From a virus: a stretch of DNA of 64,000 bases. The DNA lies in the IMG/VR virus record IMGVR_UViG_3300035670_000033, positions 32,001-96,000 of that record; one strand, 5' to 3'. Below, piece by piece: positions 52,942 through 62,572 of the stretch (positions within the stretch are counted from its first letter, which is position 1; each line of letters opens with the position of its first letter). A program made the translations under genes and the position numbers. The notes under the pieces are model-generated. The model was not told the origin of the DNA. It saw only the letters and a list, made by a program, of their open reading frames with translations, and did not search any database.

Positions 52942-55900
52942 TACGCCAACCTCGGTGGTTCCACCCGTATTCTAGGGCGAGCAATTTTTGGTTTCTTAGG
53001 GAGTTTCTGACCAATTTTTTGTTCAGCAAAAGATAGCGTTCCACCACCAAATCCAAGATTTGCTTTAAACCATTGTTTCACATATTCCATTTTTTCCCTG
53101 TCGCCAGTAGGATCATCCAAAGCAAAGATTATGTCTTGATGCTGATACTGCTTACCACCTCGCGCCTGTGCGAGAATTGATTTAATTCTCGCATATTCTG
53201 CGTCATTGTTTATCAATCCGCCAGCACCAAAATCCTCATAAAATTTGAGAGGTGACTGAAGCACCTGTAGGTCTCTGTCTGCCAAGCCATAGTTTCTTTT
53301 GAATCCAACACGAGCCCAAACATATTGTCCATCATCGGCTGCGTTCACCATCGCCTTTGTGACACCTATTTGCTTCAGGTAAAGAAACGCGTGCTGGTTA
53401 TAAATTGTTTGAATATCAGCGCCTCTATCTATTTTGCTTGTCACAAACATTGAATTTTGGCTTACCGTACCCTGCGATACGCTTACACTCCGAGACGATT
53501 TAGCGATTGCTGCTCTTATAACTTCACCGTTTGCGTTGATCTCGTCAAACGTAACCGAAATCTGAAACCCATTTTGAGGAGACACTGTTGCGGTAGCACG
53601 GTAAAGTTTCCCGTTCTTGCCTTCAATTCTTTGGTGGGAATAAGCCTGTTTCAAGTACTCTGCCTTTTGCGGAGCAGTGAGTCTTCCCCATTTTACGGGT
53701 GTCATGTCTTCATATGGTGCACCACCGTTTGGGTGCCGTTGCTTAAGATACTTAGCAAGTTTCCCTTGACGACGTTCAATCGCCTCGTTCACCTGATCAT
53801 TGATCTTCTTCGCTACATCTTCTGGAAGCGGTCTAGGAATATTTGTTGCATCTGGATTGAAAACAAAACCTTGTTTCCTTCTTTCTGATGCTTTCCGTAT
53901 TTCTGGTCCTAATGCTTCTATCAACTGAAGATGACCTTCATATTTGCCAATATCAGACTGTAATTGAGCAATTTTTTTCATTGTCTCAACACGGTTGAAT
54001 TCTTTTGCTTCTGGAGTATTTCCAATAGGTGAACGCATAAGTCTGAATTCTGCGCTTAGTTGTGTTTCTAATTCGGTAAGTTTGGTTCGCACACCCGCGA
54101 CACCACCTTGTGGTCTTACGTATCCGATATATTTTCTTTTTGCCTCGGTGACTAAAGCCGATACATCGGCATCGGGGTTTGCTCGGAGCAAATCAGCAAC
54201 TCTTGAAAGTTCTTTTTGAAAGTTCCGCACCGCTAGTTGGCGACCTTCATTTTGGTTGAACAATGCTTGATCGGCTAGTAATCCAAGTTGTCCCAAAAGT
54301 TTTGGATCTTGCATTTGAAGCAATACTTCTTCAATCAGATCTTCATTTTCTTTTTTGAATTTGGCTGCTTCCATCTTTGGTGGAACATGCTTCAGTTCGT
54401 CTGGAACATCTCGGATATCGCGTGGCGATGGGGTGTCAACACTATTAGCGATCGGAGCGTCAACTGGAGGTTCTCCAGTACGGTTGGCGTCATAGATTTC
54501 CTGCCATGCGTCCCTGTAGTCTTTAATATATGTTTTAATGCGGGCAATATTTATTTCCTCGTCTTGCCTTCGTTCAATGAAGTCATTGTCAGAAAGTTCA
54601 CCTCTAGCAATCGCTTGCTCTATACGCGCTATCCTTGCATCCGCTGCAACTATTTTTTGTGCGGCTTCAACCAATTTCTGTCCGCGTCCAGCGCCAATGG
54701 GTGGGAAGTTGGCGGGGTCATTGATGATCATTATCCTGTCATTTGGCATGACATCATTTAAAACATAACCTTCAAAGTCTCTATCGTTAAGAACTTCATT
54801 CAGGTTAACCCTTTGTCCTGCACCACGCGCTCTATCCGCTCTGGCTTGGCGCATTCTTTCCGAGTTGGCAGCGTTGTCACTGTTGCCGGGTTGTGGGCGA
54901 GCGGGAGATGCCTCTGGTTTTGGTTTTCTGCGTTTAGGTCCTGCTACGGCACGACGCTCTTCCGATTCGGCATCAAGTAGTGCACCAATATCGTTCCTGT
55001 CGGGGTTTGCCCTAGGGCGACGAGGTTTAACTACTTTTGGCTCAACAACTGAGCGTGGAGGCTGAAGACGCCTTACCTCTTCTTCCAACTTAACTATTTT
55101 TTCTCGTTGACGCCTGATTGCTTGTGGCGCCGCACTATTCTGTCGCATCATCTGCAACATGTCTCGTGCTTCGTTAAGATCACGCTCTGCTACTGCGAGC
55201 GGATCGGTCTCATTTGCTCGGCGTGTTGGTGCTTTAGGTTTCTTTGTTGCTTCAACTACGGCACGACGGCGACGGCGAGCAGGCGCTTCACCAGTTCTTG
55301 GTGCACCCGGCTGTTCAATTTCGCGTTGCATTCTTCTTTGTTCTGATTCACGAAGATTTCCTTCACCTCGTGGTCTTGCAGGTTGACGTCTGCGAGCAGG
55401 GCGTGCAGGAGCATTGCGTCGTCTTAGTTCCGCCATTACTCGTTTGTAATCGTCGCTGTCTCTTCCGCCAGTAGCGTTCTCTAATTCGTCGCGCATTTCC
55501 TCTAAAACCTCTAGAGGTTCTGCGGCGAGAAGATTTGCTTCGTCACGGGCAGGGCGAGCGGGTGCTTGTCGTCTGCGTTGCGGACGAGGTGCAGGTGTTA
55601 ACTCTCTAGGTGCTTCAGGTGTGTCAACCGACGGTGGTCGTGCAACAACAGTTCGCCTACGAGCGCCACGAGGACTAGGGGCATTCCCGCCATCCAGTCG
55701 CTCAGCAATACCACGTAAACCTTGCTCAAGACGACCAGCACCACCGCCTTGGGGGTTAAGTCTTGCAAGTATTCGGCGTTCACGACGAGCAATACGACGA
55801 CCACGGCGAGCATCATCAACATTTTCCAACCGTTGACCAATATCTGATATTTGATTAGCGATGCGTCGTGCGACCCCCCAACCGCAAGACCGACCAAAAC

Positions 55901-56087
55901 GATCTGTTATCTGTCCACCATACCGTGTCCCCGTTGGACAGCGCCAGCCTCCACGACGGTTAGTGCCGGGGATAGAAAGACTCGGATCCCACATGGCGCG
56001 AACAGCCTTGACTTCATAAGCAATAGTTGACGTGTTCCGTTCGCTAAGAAAAGATTTTGCCTTAAAGTCGGCGATATTCTGAAGCAT
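52941..56087 (-). CDS. Large modular protein: conserved Cys N-domain, Arg/Pro linker, C-terminal GNAT-like domain
   Basis: WDPSLSIPGTNRRGGWRCP.GTRYGGQITDRFGRSCGWG; C-terminal IGV....VNAADDGQYVWARVGF. Confidence 0.75.
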   Translation of the reverse strand: MLQNIADFKAKSFLSERNTSTIAYEVKAVRAMWDPSLSIPGTNRRGGWRCPTGTRYGGQITDRFGRSCGWGVARRIANQISDIGQRLENVDDARRGRRIARRERRILARLNPQGGGAGRLEQGLRGIAERLDGGNAPSPRGARRRTVVARPPSVDTPEAPRELTPAPRPQRRRQAPARPARDEANLLAAEPLEVLEEMRDELENATGGRDSDDYKRVMAELRRRNAPARPARRRQPARPRGEGNLRESEQRRMQREIEQPGAPRTGEAPARRRRRAVVEATKKPKAPTRRANETDPLAVAERDLNEARDMLQMMRQNSAAPQAIRRQREKIVKLEEEVRRLQPPRSVVEPKVVKPRRPRANPDRNDIGALLDAESEERRAVAGPKRRKPKPEASPARPQPGNSDNAANSERMRQARADRARGAGQRVNLNEVLNDRDFEGYVLNDVMPNDRIMIINDPANFPPIGAGRGQKLVEAAQKIVAADARIARIEQAIARGELSDNDFIERRQDEEINIARIKTYIKDYRDAWQEIYDANRTGEPPVDAPIANSVDTPSPRDIRDVPDELKHVPPKMEAAKFKKENEDLIEEVLLQMQDPKLLGQLGLLADQALFNQNEGRQLAVRNFQKELSRVADLLRANPDADVSALVTEAKRKYIGYVRPQGGVAGVRTKLTELETQLSAEFRLMRSPIGNTPEAKEFNRVETMKKIAQLQSDIGKYEGHLQLIEALGPEIRKASERRKQGFVFNPDATNIPRPLPEDVAKKINDQVNEAIERRQGKLAKYLKQRHPNGGAPYEDMTPVKWGRLTAPQKAEYLKQAYSHQRIEGKNGKLYRATATVSPQNGFQISVTFDEINANGEVIRAAIAKSSRSVSVSQGTVSQNSMFVTSKIDRGADIQTIYNQHAFLYLKQIGVTKAMVNAADDGQYVWARVGFKRNYGLADRDLQVLQSPLKFYEDFGAGGLINNDAEYARIKSILAQARGGKQYQHQDIIFALDDPTGDREKMEYVKQWFKANLGFGGGTLSFAEQKIGQKLPKKPKIARPRIRVEPPRLA

Positions 56088-56090
56088 GGT

Positions 56091-56408
56091 TTAAGCCTTA
56101 AAACTTTTTTTATTTGGAAGAGACTTAATTTGATTTTTATACATTTCTTCAGTTACTTGCCCATCAGAACTGTATTGTGCGGACATTGAATTAAGACGGT
56201 AAAGAATATATTCCATTCCGCTTCCCTCCAAAGGGATCTCGTTTCGTGCCGACGATTCTGAAAGAATTTCAATAAGTTGATCAACAAGTTCTTTATCGGA
56301 AGCGTGTATTTCTACAAGTCCATCAATATTTTTTCCAGCGCAAGACCCATTTACCTTGTTTGTAAATGGATCCATGAATTGACCTATAAAAAACTCTCTC
56401 ATGATCAC
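56091..56408 (-). CDS. Small protein coupled downstream of the 959-aa kinase-like gene (putative immunity/partner)
   Basis: Overlaps the upstream stop. Confidence 0.7.
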   Translation of the reverse strand: MIMREFFIGQFMDPFTNKVNGSCAGKNIDGLVEIHASDKELVDQLIEILSESSARNEIPLEGSGMEYILYRLNSMSAQYSSDGQVTEEMYKNQIKSLPNKKSFKA

Positions 56409-59284
56409 CTTTGGTTACTTGGAATTATGTTGACTATCTCATTTTCGGCGTTGCGAAGGTTTGCAAGACTTCGTACCATGCCATCATAAAGTGCTCCTGC
56501 TCGGGCTTTATTTGAGTCAGTCTTACTTACTTTTTGCAATGCGTCTGTTATGAATTGTTCACGACCGACAGCAAGTGTTTTTTCTGTTTGCACAACAACC
56601 TGTCTGTACACTTCTTGAATTCGCGCATAAGTTTCACGCCTTTGCGCGGCTGACATAGCGGGTAGTGCGGTGCGCATAGTGGCAAGAATGTCCGTGTCCA
56701 TACGAAAACCCCGTTGGTAACGATCAAATAGTCCTCCGTGATCCCTTCCAGCCCAACCCAAGTCCATCGGAACGACATGCGCTAATTTCTTGCCGTCTGG
56801 TAATTCCACTACACGACCCATACCGTTGCCTCCGTGGCGGTCGCTAACACCAAGAATATAGTTGGCTAGAACATTAGACAATCTTTCAGGAAGACCTTTA
56901 TCTGGAAGGGCATTCAGGGCTCCTTTGTTGAAATCGTAGCCACCAGCAGCACCGCCGATTACTGCTCCTTCAGGCACGTCGTTGTGTGCCAGAGGGATCA
57001 TGATGTAGGGGGTTCCTTTTCGGACTGTTCCAAGAGGCTTTCGTACATCTGCTTCAAGTTTACCGTCTTGAATTGCTCCGTCTTCCAAGATCCCTACAGC
57101 AGCCAAGTAGTTCCATCCAATGAGTTCGCCGACATTGTCGGCAGGTTTTGCAGCCTTGAAAACCCATCCCTGATTAGTTGGATTTCCATTTTCATCACGC
57201 AAAAAGTAAATTTTAGTTACACCTACAGCGCCACCGTTGGGTTGTACTTTTTTGAAACGCTTATTCGTGTCTCGTGGATCTGATGAAGCGTTTGCTTCTA
57301 TGGCAATGTGCATGAATTTTGCTGGAACCTTTTGTATGTCTCCACCATTTTTTATATGGTCAATCGCTTTTTGTTCCGTGTTAATTGTTCGGTCTTCTTC
57401 TGAAACAAATTTTCCAATTGGAGAATTCCGTCTATCTATCTTTAATTTGCCATGCGCATTTTTGCTTCTAGCAAATTTTCGGAAAGGAGATTTTTTTTGC
57501 TGTTTTGCTTGTTGCGCTTGCGGTGATGGTGGTGTCCTTGGCGTTGGTGGTTCAGGTGGTTCGCTATTTCCGTTGCTTAGATCCAAAAACTGTTGACTAA
57601 AATCGCGTAAGTAACGATTCAGTGACGCTTGACCCTGTGGACCTCGGTACTCTTGTTCTAGCGCGTCACCATCAACGATATTTCTGGCTAGGAAACCACG
57701 AAATTTTCCGCTTTCTTGTGGGAGTAATTCAATTTCCCAGTTTCCTTTTTTCCATCTAGTTGAACCATCAGGTTGGTTAATAGCGTCCCAACCTTCTCCA
57801 CCAAAATCGGGCATTCTTACATTTGCCCGTGCCGGTGCGCCTCCGTCCCCAGGTGTGACAAAACCGCGACCATCTGGTGAGCGTCGCGGTTGGCGTGCAG
57901 GGCGTGCAGGGCGTGCAGGTGCTGGCTCGGGAATATCATTCGCTTGTGGTTTGCGTGATGCGCTACGACCAGCACCCTGTGCTGTTGCTTGCCGACGGCG
58001 ACGACGGCTATTTTGTGGGCGACGATTACGAGGCGCTGGTGGTTCAAAATCTATTGGTGCTGAACGACCGTGTGCATCTTTCCAAGCATCGCGAAGATTA
58101 TTTTTGTTGATCTCGTACCATTCACGGCGAGTCAACATTCCTGCGTTCCCGCCACCTTCGCGAATTTCTCGTACTCGTTTAGCGTATTCACCATATTTTC
58201 GTAATACATACGGTTTGAAATCTTCTGTTTCACCAGCGTCGGAAGCATCTCTTGCGGTGAGAACATCAACATTTGCTGGTTGTGGTGCAACGCGCGGGCG
58301 TGCCTGTGGTCGTGCCTGTGGGCGTCGTTGTCCTGCTGGTGCTGGTCGGCGTGCAGGACGAGGTGTTGGTGCGGGTGTAGGCGCTGTTTCTGGTATTGCG
58401 TCACGACGACGGTTTCTCGGCACTCGTGCTGGTGCCTCAACTTCAGGTGTTTCGTCGTTGCGTCGTCCACCTCTATTGACTCTTCGGTTAATAGCACCCG
58501 CTAAACCTTCATTGTTTACCCTGTCCAACAAATTCCCTCGCCGTGGGGACTCACCTCCCTCAAGGCGATCAGCGATATTCCGCAGACCGCCTTCAACCCG
58601 ACCAGTTTCCGCAACTCCGCCAAGCCTTCTCATCATTCGTGCGTTACGGCGATCAAGACGACGCTTCCGTTTGTCATCATCTCGTTGTTCTAAGCGTTCG
58701 CCAATGTCAGCAATTTGGTTTGCAATTCGTCGCGCAACTCCCCATCCGCACGAACGACCAAAACGATCTGTTATCTGTCCGCCGTATCTTGTGCCTACAG
58801 GGCATCGGAAACCGCCACGGCGGTTAGTGCCGGGGATGGAGAGGCTTGGATCCCAAACTGCACGAACACCTTTGATTTCAAAATGCGCTGACGAACGAGT
58901 TTGGTCAGAAATAAAAGAAGATGCTTTAAAAGTCAAAACATTTTTGAACTCTTCGTTAGAAAACTCAGAAAGCAAAACTTCAGAAATAGATAAAACTGGC
59001 AGGTTTTTGAATTCCATCGGCTCACTTTGAATATGTGCAAGTGAAGCAACTTTTTTCTGAACTGCTGTTCCTGATGGGCTCGGACCTTCAATTATTTTGG
59101 ATGCATCCATTGACTGAACTAGTTCAGGCTTAGTGATTGGGGTGTCGGCGTATTCTTCGCGGAGTATCCCAACAAGTTCCTTTGCATCTTCCGTCATCGG
59201 TTTGAATGTGGATCCCTTGGGGGTCGTTGAAACAACCATAAATGGTGTGTTGTCACGGTTCTTGATAATGAAAACTAGGTTCAT
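56405..59284 (-). CDS. Large modular protein: extra N-domain, conserved Cys domain, C-terminal PI3/4-kinase/HipA-like kinase
   Basis: GWVFK, GELIG, LGVSDRHGGN (56825-56842), VPMDLG. Confidence 0.8.
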   Translation of the reverse strand: MNLVFIIKNRDNTPFMVVSTTPKGSTFKPMTEDAKELVGILREEYADTPITKPELVQSMDASKIIEGPSPSGTAVQKKVASLAHIQSEPMEFKNLPVLSISEVLLSEFSNEEFKNVLTFKASSFISDQTRSSAHFEIKGVRAVWDPSLSIPGTNRRGGFRCPVGTRYGGQITDRFGRSCGWGVARRIANQIADIGERLEQRDDDKRKRRLDRRNARMMRRLGGVAETGRVEGGLRNIADRLEGGESPRRGNLLDRVNNEGLAGAINRRVNRGGRRNDETPEVEAPARVPRNRRRDAIPETAPTPAPTPRPARRPAPAGQRRPQARPQARPRVAPQPANVDVLTARDASDAGETEDFKPYVLRKYGEYAKRVREIREGGGNAGMLTRREWYEINKNNLRDAWKDAHGRSAPIDFEPPAPRNRRPQNSRRRRRQATAQGAGRSASRKPQANDIPEPAPARPARPARQPRRSPDGRGFVTPGDGGAPARANVRMPDFGGEGWDAINQPDGSTRWKKGNWEIELLPQESGKFRGFLARNIVDGDALEQEYRGPQGQASLNRYLRDFSQQFLDLSNGNSEPPEPPTPRTPPSPQAQQAKQQKKSPFRKFARSKNAHGKLKIDRRNSPIGKFVSEEDRTINTEQKAIDHIKNGGDIQKVPAKFMHIAIEANASSDPRDTNKRFKKVQPNGGAVGVTKIYFLRDENGNPTNQGWVFKAAKPADNVGELIGWNYLAAVGILEDGAIQDGKLEADVRKPLGTVRKGTPYIMIPLAHNDVPEGAVIGGAAGGYDFNKGALNALPDKGLPERLSNVLANYILGVSDRHGGNGMGRVVELPDGKKLAHVVPMDLGWAGRDHGGLFDRYQRGFRMDTDILATMRTALPAMSAAQRRETYARIQEVYRQVVVQTEKTLAVGREQFITDALQKVSKTDSNKARAGALYDGMVRSLANLRNAENEIVNIIPSNQR

Positions 59285-59408
59285 TGTTTACTTTCCACAT
59301 TTGTGAAGGCATTGAGCAAGCCCTGTAAGTCTTGCGTCGCAATATCGCTACTGTAAAATGGTATCACTAACGGCAGATATCAAAATTATGACACTGTAAA
59401 CATATTAT

Positions 59409-59702
59409 TTATTTGTCTAATTTTTTGTGCCCTAATTGAATAAGAAAATTATCAATTTTCTCTTTGCTTGAACCCTCGTATTTTAATATTTCTGCATTGA
59501 GGTAAGAGTACCCATGCAACATGTTTTCAAGAGTCGCCATCTTGGGGGAATTCTTCTTCATAGTTAGGAAATGCTCATTATCTCGTTTGTCGTTATCGCG
59601 ATTTTTTGAGTAATAAGTGATAATCCCCTTATCGTCTTCCACCAAAACAATTGGGGAAGCCTGAACCAGTGGATCCTTAGAGGTGATGATTGCCGCTCTC
59701 AT
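59409..59702 (-). CDS. Small protein downstream of the 954-aa kinase-like gene (putative immunity/partner)
   Basis: Starts 5 nt after the upstream stop. Confidence 0.7.
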   Translation of the reverse strand: MRAAIITSKDPLVQASPIVLVEDDKGIITYYSKNRDNDKRDNEHFLTMKKNSPKMATLENMLHGYSYLNAEILKYEGSSKEKIDNFLIQLGHKKLDK

Positions 59703-59707
59703 GATAT

Positions 59708-62572
59708 TTACAATCCTAATAGCAAGTCGGCGATCCTTGATGGATCAACATCGGTCAAATATTTCATTTTCTTTTGTGGTCTTTCGCCAATTCTGACAAC
59801 AGCCTGATCTCCAGCCCTTGGATTCGGTGTTCCATCTCCGCCTGTTTTTAGAACATCATTAACCATATTCAAATATGGGTTTTTTCTTTCGGCTTCGCGA
59901 ATAGATTTCTGCACATCGGCAACCGCGGCTATTACCTCACGCCTACTCAGTCTCCCCTGTCTAACCTGTTCGCGAAGAGTTGAAAGCATGTCGTTTCGTC
60001 CACCACCGTAACTATCTCGTAGCCACCCTACAAAACCAGCGTCGTCGCCATCAAATGCTTCAAATGCTCTACCTCCCCAGTTGACATCAAAACCAAGAGA
60101 TGGGTCAATTGGAACAAATCGGAGTTTCCCGTTCGCGTCTGGCGCAACAAAAAAGTTACCACCGTGACGATCTCTATTAACAATTACAAAGTCCATTAAT
60201 GTCGCACGAACACGATCAGACGGCTTTATGTCGCCCATATTCGCAACGTCTCTTCCCAATCGCAGTCTTCCTTCAACATAGTTTCCTGCGTGTTCGTAAA
60301 CTATTGCGCGACCACCGCTATGTGGTACACCATTCCCGCCTTTTTGTTTGCCGTCTAGTCGCAAACCACCAACGGGCATGCCGAAACGACCTGCGAGATT
60401 ATTGCCGACCATTTCGTGAATATCTTCGTTTTCCGCCTGTGCACCAGCCTGATATTTAAGGAAATACTGTTTCCCTGTTACGGAATCCGTAAACATGTGC
60501 ATGTTGTCAGGGATCATTCCGTTAACTCCACCACCAGCATCCTGTTTGCTGAATCTATTCGTCGCACCATGTAACGCTTCTCCCAAGAATTCGTCTGGTA
60601 CGTCGGCTAAATCTCCACCTTGTTCTAGGTGAGCGATTGCTTGTCCCTTGGTGTCAATTCCTTTATTTCCCACAGGAACGCTTTTCACGTCAGGGAGACC
60701 ATCTTCTCCTTTGGAATTTAGTTTCTCTGGTGCGTGATCTTGCTTCGCTGAAGGTGGAGAAACATCCCAACCTCCTTCGGGCTCTGGTATTTCCGCTGGT
60801 CTATCAGGTGGGCGGACTGGAGGTTGTACTCGTGGGGCATTAGGGGCTTCAACATTGTTGTTGGCAACAACAGGAGGTCTTTGCCTGAAGGCAATATCCG
60901 CCTCAATTTCAACAGCCCTTAATTCAGCAGCGGCAACATTCTCTTTAATTTTTTCTTTTTGCGCCCATGATCGCAATAAATTCTCTCGGGCTTCATCTCT
61001 TTCTCTTTGATTTCCGTTTTTCTTAGAACGCCAGTCGTCGTATGCTTTATCAAAACCAGTTTGTGCCTGTTTCAAAAGGTCTTGATATTCATTTTTTTTG
61101 CCTAAAACTTGTTCCCTTGACAGGTTGCGCAAATTGTTGTAGGCGTTTGGCTTGTATCTTGCAACTTCATCTTTGACTATTTTGACCAAATCTTTATCTC
61201 CCGGCTGGTCAAACTCTGCATCTGGGTTTATGTCTCTTGCAGGAATCGGTGGTGGACCTGCTGGTCGTGCGGGTGCTTTTGGTGCGGGCGCTGGCGGTGC
61301 AGGCTGTGGCGCTCCTGCCTGTTGTGCAAATATTTGTTGGTTAACAAAATTGCCACGAGCATTACGCTTATTGTTGTCACCGTAATAGCGACCGAACCTT
61401 CTTTCTAGTTCGGCTCTCTCTTCACCTTCAGGGAAATCTGGTTTACGCCAATACGCATCTTCGGGTAGCCCGCGAAGATCACCGAAACGGTTACGAACAT
61501 TGCGAATAGAAGCAGCGTCTGGAACGCTTCCACCCAACTCGTCTGCTGTTGGATTCCATGCGGGTGGATCAGGAATTGGTGTTGATGGTTTCTGTTGTTC
61601 TGGCGGTTTTGGTGCAGGTTTTCTGCGTGGCACCTTCGTCGGTTCGGGTTTAGCACTGTCAACAAAATCTGCTTCAGGCTTTCTTCTTGCTGTTCGTTTC
61701 GCGCCCTGTTGTGCTGCGGCTCGTCGTCGGCGTCGTGGAGCATTCGGTCTTGGTGGTTCACCTGTACGCGGTGCGCCGGGTTCAACTAATTCTCGTTCCA
61801 TTCTTCGTGCTTCAGATTCGCGAAGGTTCCCTTGTCGGCGAGGTGCTTTTTTACCTCTACGATTCAGTTCCGCGTTAACTTTGTCTAGACGTTGCCGTGC
61901 GGTAGATCTTTGAACACTGACAGGGAGCATACCGATTCTTCCGTCATCACGAGGTTTGTCCACTGCGTCTCGCAGAATGTCAACTGCTCGTTGTGCGTCT
62001 TGATACTGTTTTTCTAGATCTTCATCACTCATAGTGCGAAGGTTCTCTACATATGGATCTTTGTCATCTCGTCTCGGAAGTGCGGGAATATCGCGAGTTG
62101 GCATTACTGGACGGGCTGGAGGTTGCGCAGGGATTCTTGGGCGTGCTGTTGGTCGTGCCTGTTGCGGAGCCTGTCCACCCTCAAGTGCTTCTGCAATATT
62201 TCTTGCACCACGCTCAAGAAAACCTGGCTTGTTCTGACGAGCCAACATTCGTTGTACACGAGCATTGCGTCTTGCCAAACGGTCGTTTCGTTTGCGGTCA
62301 TCAATGTTTTCTAAACGCTCACCGATATCTGCGATTTGGTTTGCAATACGACGTGCAACACCCCATCCGCATGAGCGACCAAATCTGTCGGTTATCTGTC
62401 CACCGTAACGGGTGCCAACCGGGCATCGCCATCCTCCGCGACGATTCGTTCCGGGGATAGAAAGACTCGGATCCCAAATCGCTCTAACGCCTTTTACTTC
62501 ATAACTGAAAGTACTGGATGTTTGTTCAGAGAGGAAAGTAAGAGCCTTAAAATTTACTTCGTTTTTGAGCAT
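59708..62572 (-). CDS. Large modular protein: conserved Cys N-domain, Arg/Pro linker, C-terminal PI3/4-kinase/HipA-like kinase
   Basis: YFLK, HEMVG, DFVIVNRDRHGGNFF (DRHGGN 60155-60172), PIDPSLG. Confidence 0.8.
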   Translation of the reverse strand: MLKNEVNFKALTFLSEQTSSTFSYEVKGVRAIWDPSLSIPGTNRRGGWRCPVGTRYGGQITDRFGRSCGWGVARRIANQIADIGERLENIDDRKRNDRLARRNARVQRMLARQNKPGFLERGARNIAEALEGGQAPQQARPTARPRIPAQPPARPVMPTRDIPALPRRDDKDPYVENLRTMSDEDLEKQYQDAQRAVDILRDAVDKPRDDGRIGMLPVSVQRSTARQRLDKVNAELNRRGKKAPRRQGNLRESEARRMERELVEPGAPRTGEPPRPNAPRRRRRAAAQQGAKRTARRKPEADFVDSAKPEPTKVPRRKPAPKPPEQQKPSTPIPDPPAWNPTADELGGSVPDAASIRNVRNRFGDLRGLPEDAYWRKPDFPEGEERAELERRFGRYYGDNNKRNARGNFVNQQIFAQQAGAPQPAPPAPAPKAPARPAGPPPIPARDINPDAEFDQPGDKDLVKIVKDEVARYKPNAYNNLRNLSREQVLGKKNEYQDLLKQAQTGFDKAYDDWRSKKNGNQRERDEARENLLRSWAQKEKIKENVAAAELRAVEIEADIAFRQRPPVVANNNVEAPNAPRVQPPVRPPDRPAEIPEPEGGWDVSPPSAKQDHAPEKLNSKGEDGLPDVKSVPVGNKGIDTKGQAIAHLEQGGDLADVPDEFLGEALHGATNRFSKQDAGGGVNGMIPDNMHMFTDSVTGKQYFLKYQAGAQAENEDIHEMVGNNLAGRFGMPVGGLRLDGKQKGGNGVPHSGGRAIVYEHAGNYVEGRLRLGRDVANMGDIKPSDRVRATLMDFVIVNRDRHGGNFFVAPDANGKLRFVPIDPSLGFDVNWGGRAFEAFDGDDAGFVGWLRDSYGGGRNDMLSTLREQVRQGRLSRREVIAAVADVQKSIREAERKNPYLNMVNDVLKTGGDGTPNPRAGDQAVVRIGERPQKKMKYLTDVDPSRIADLLLGL

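Noticed and set aside
53715-53731. CACCACCGTTTGGG as a further repeat copy
   Set aside because: It has mismatches in the core and is explained by the coding sequence HPNGGAP.
57855-59030. 391-aa plus-strand ORF (and similar ones at 61500..61913 and 35531..36106)
   Set aside because: They are antisense shadows of the Arg/Pro-rich linkers or the primase-helicase.
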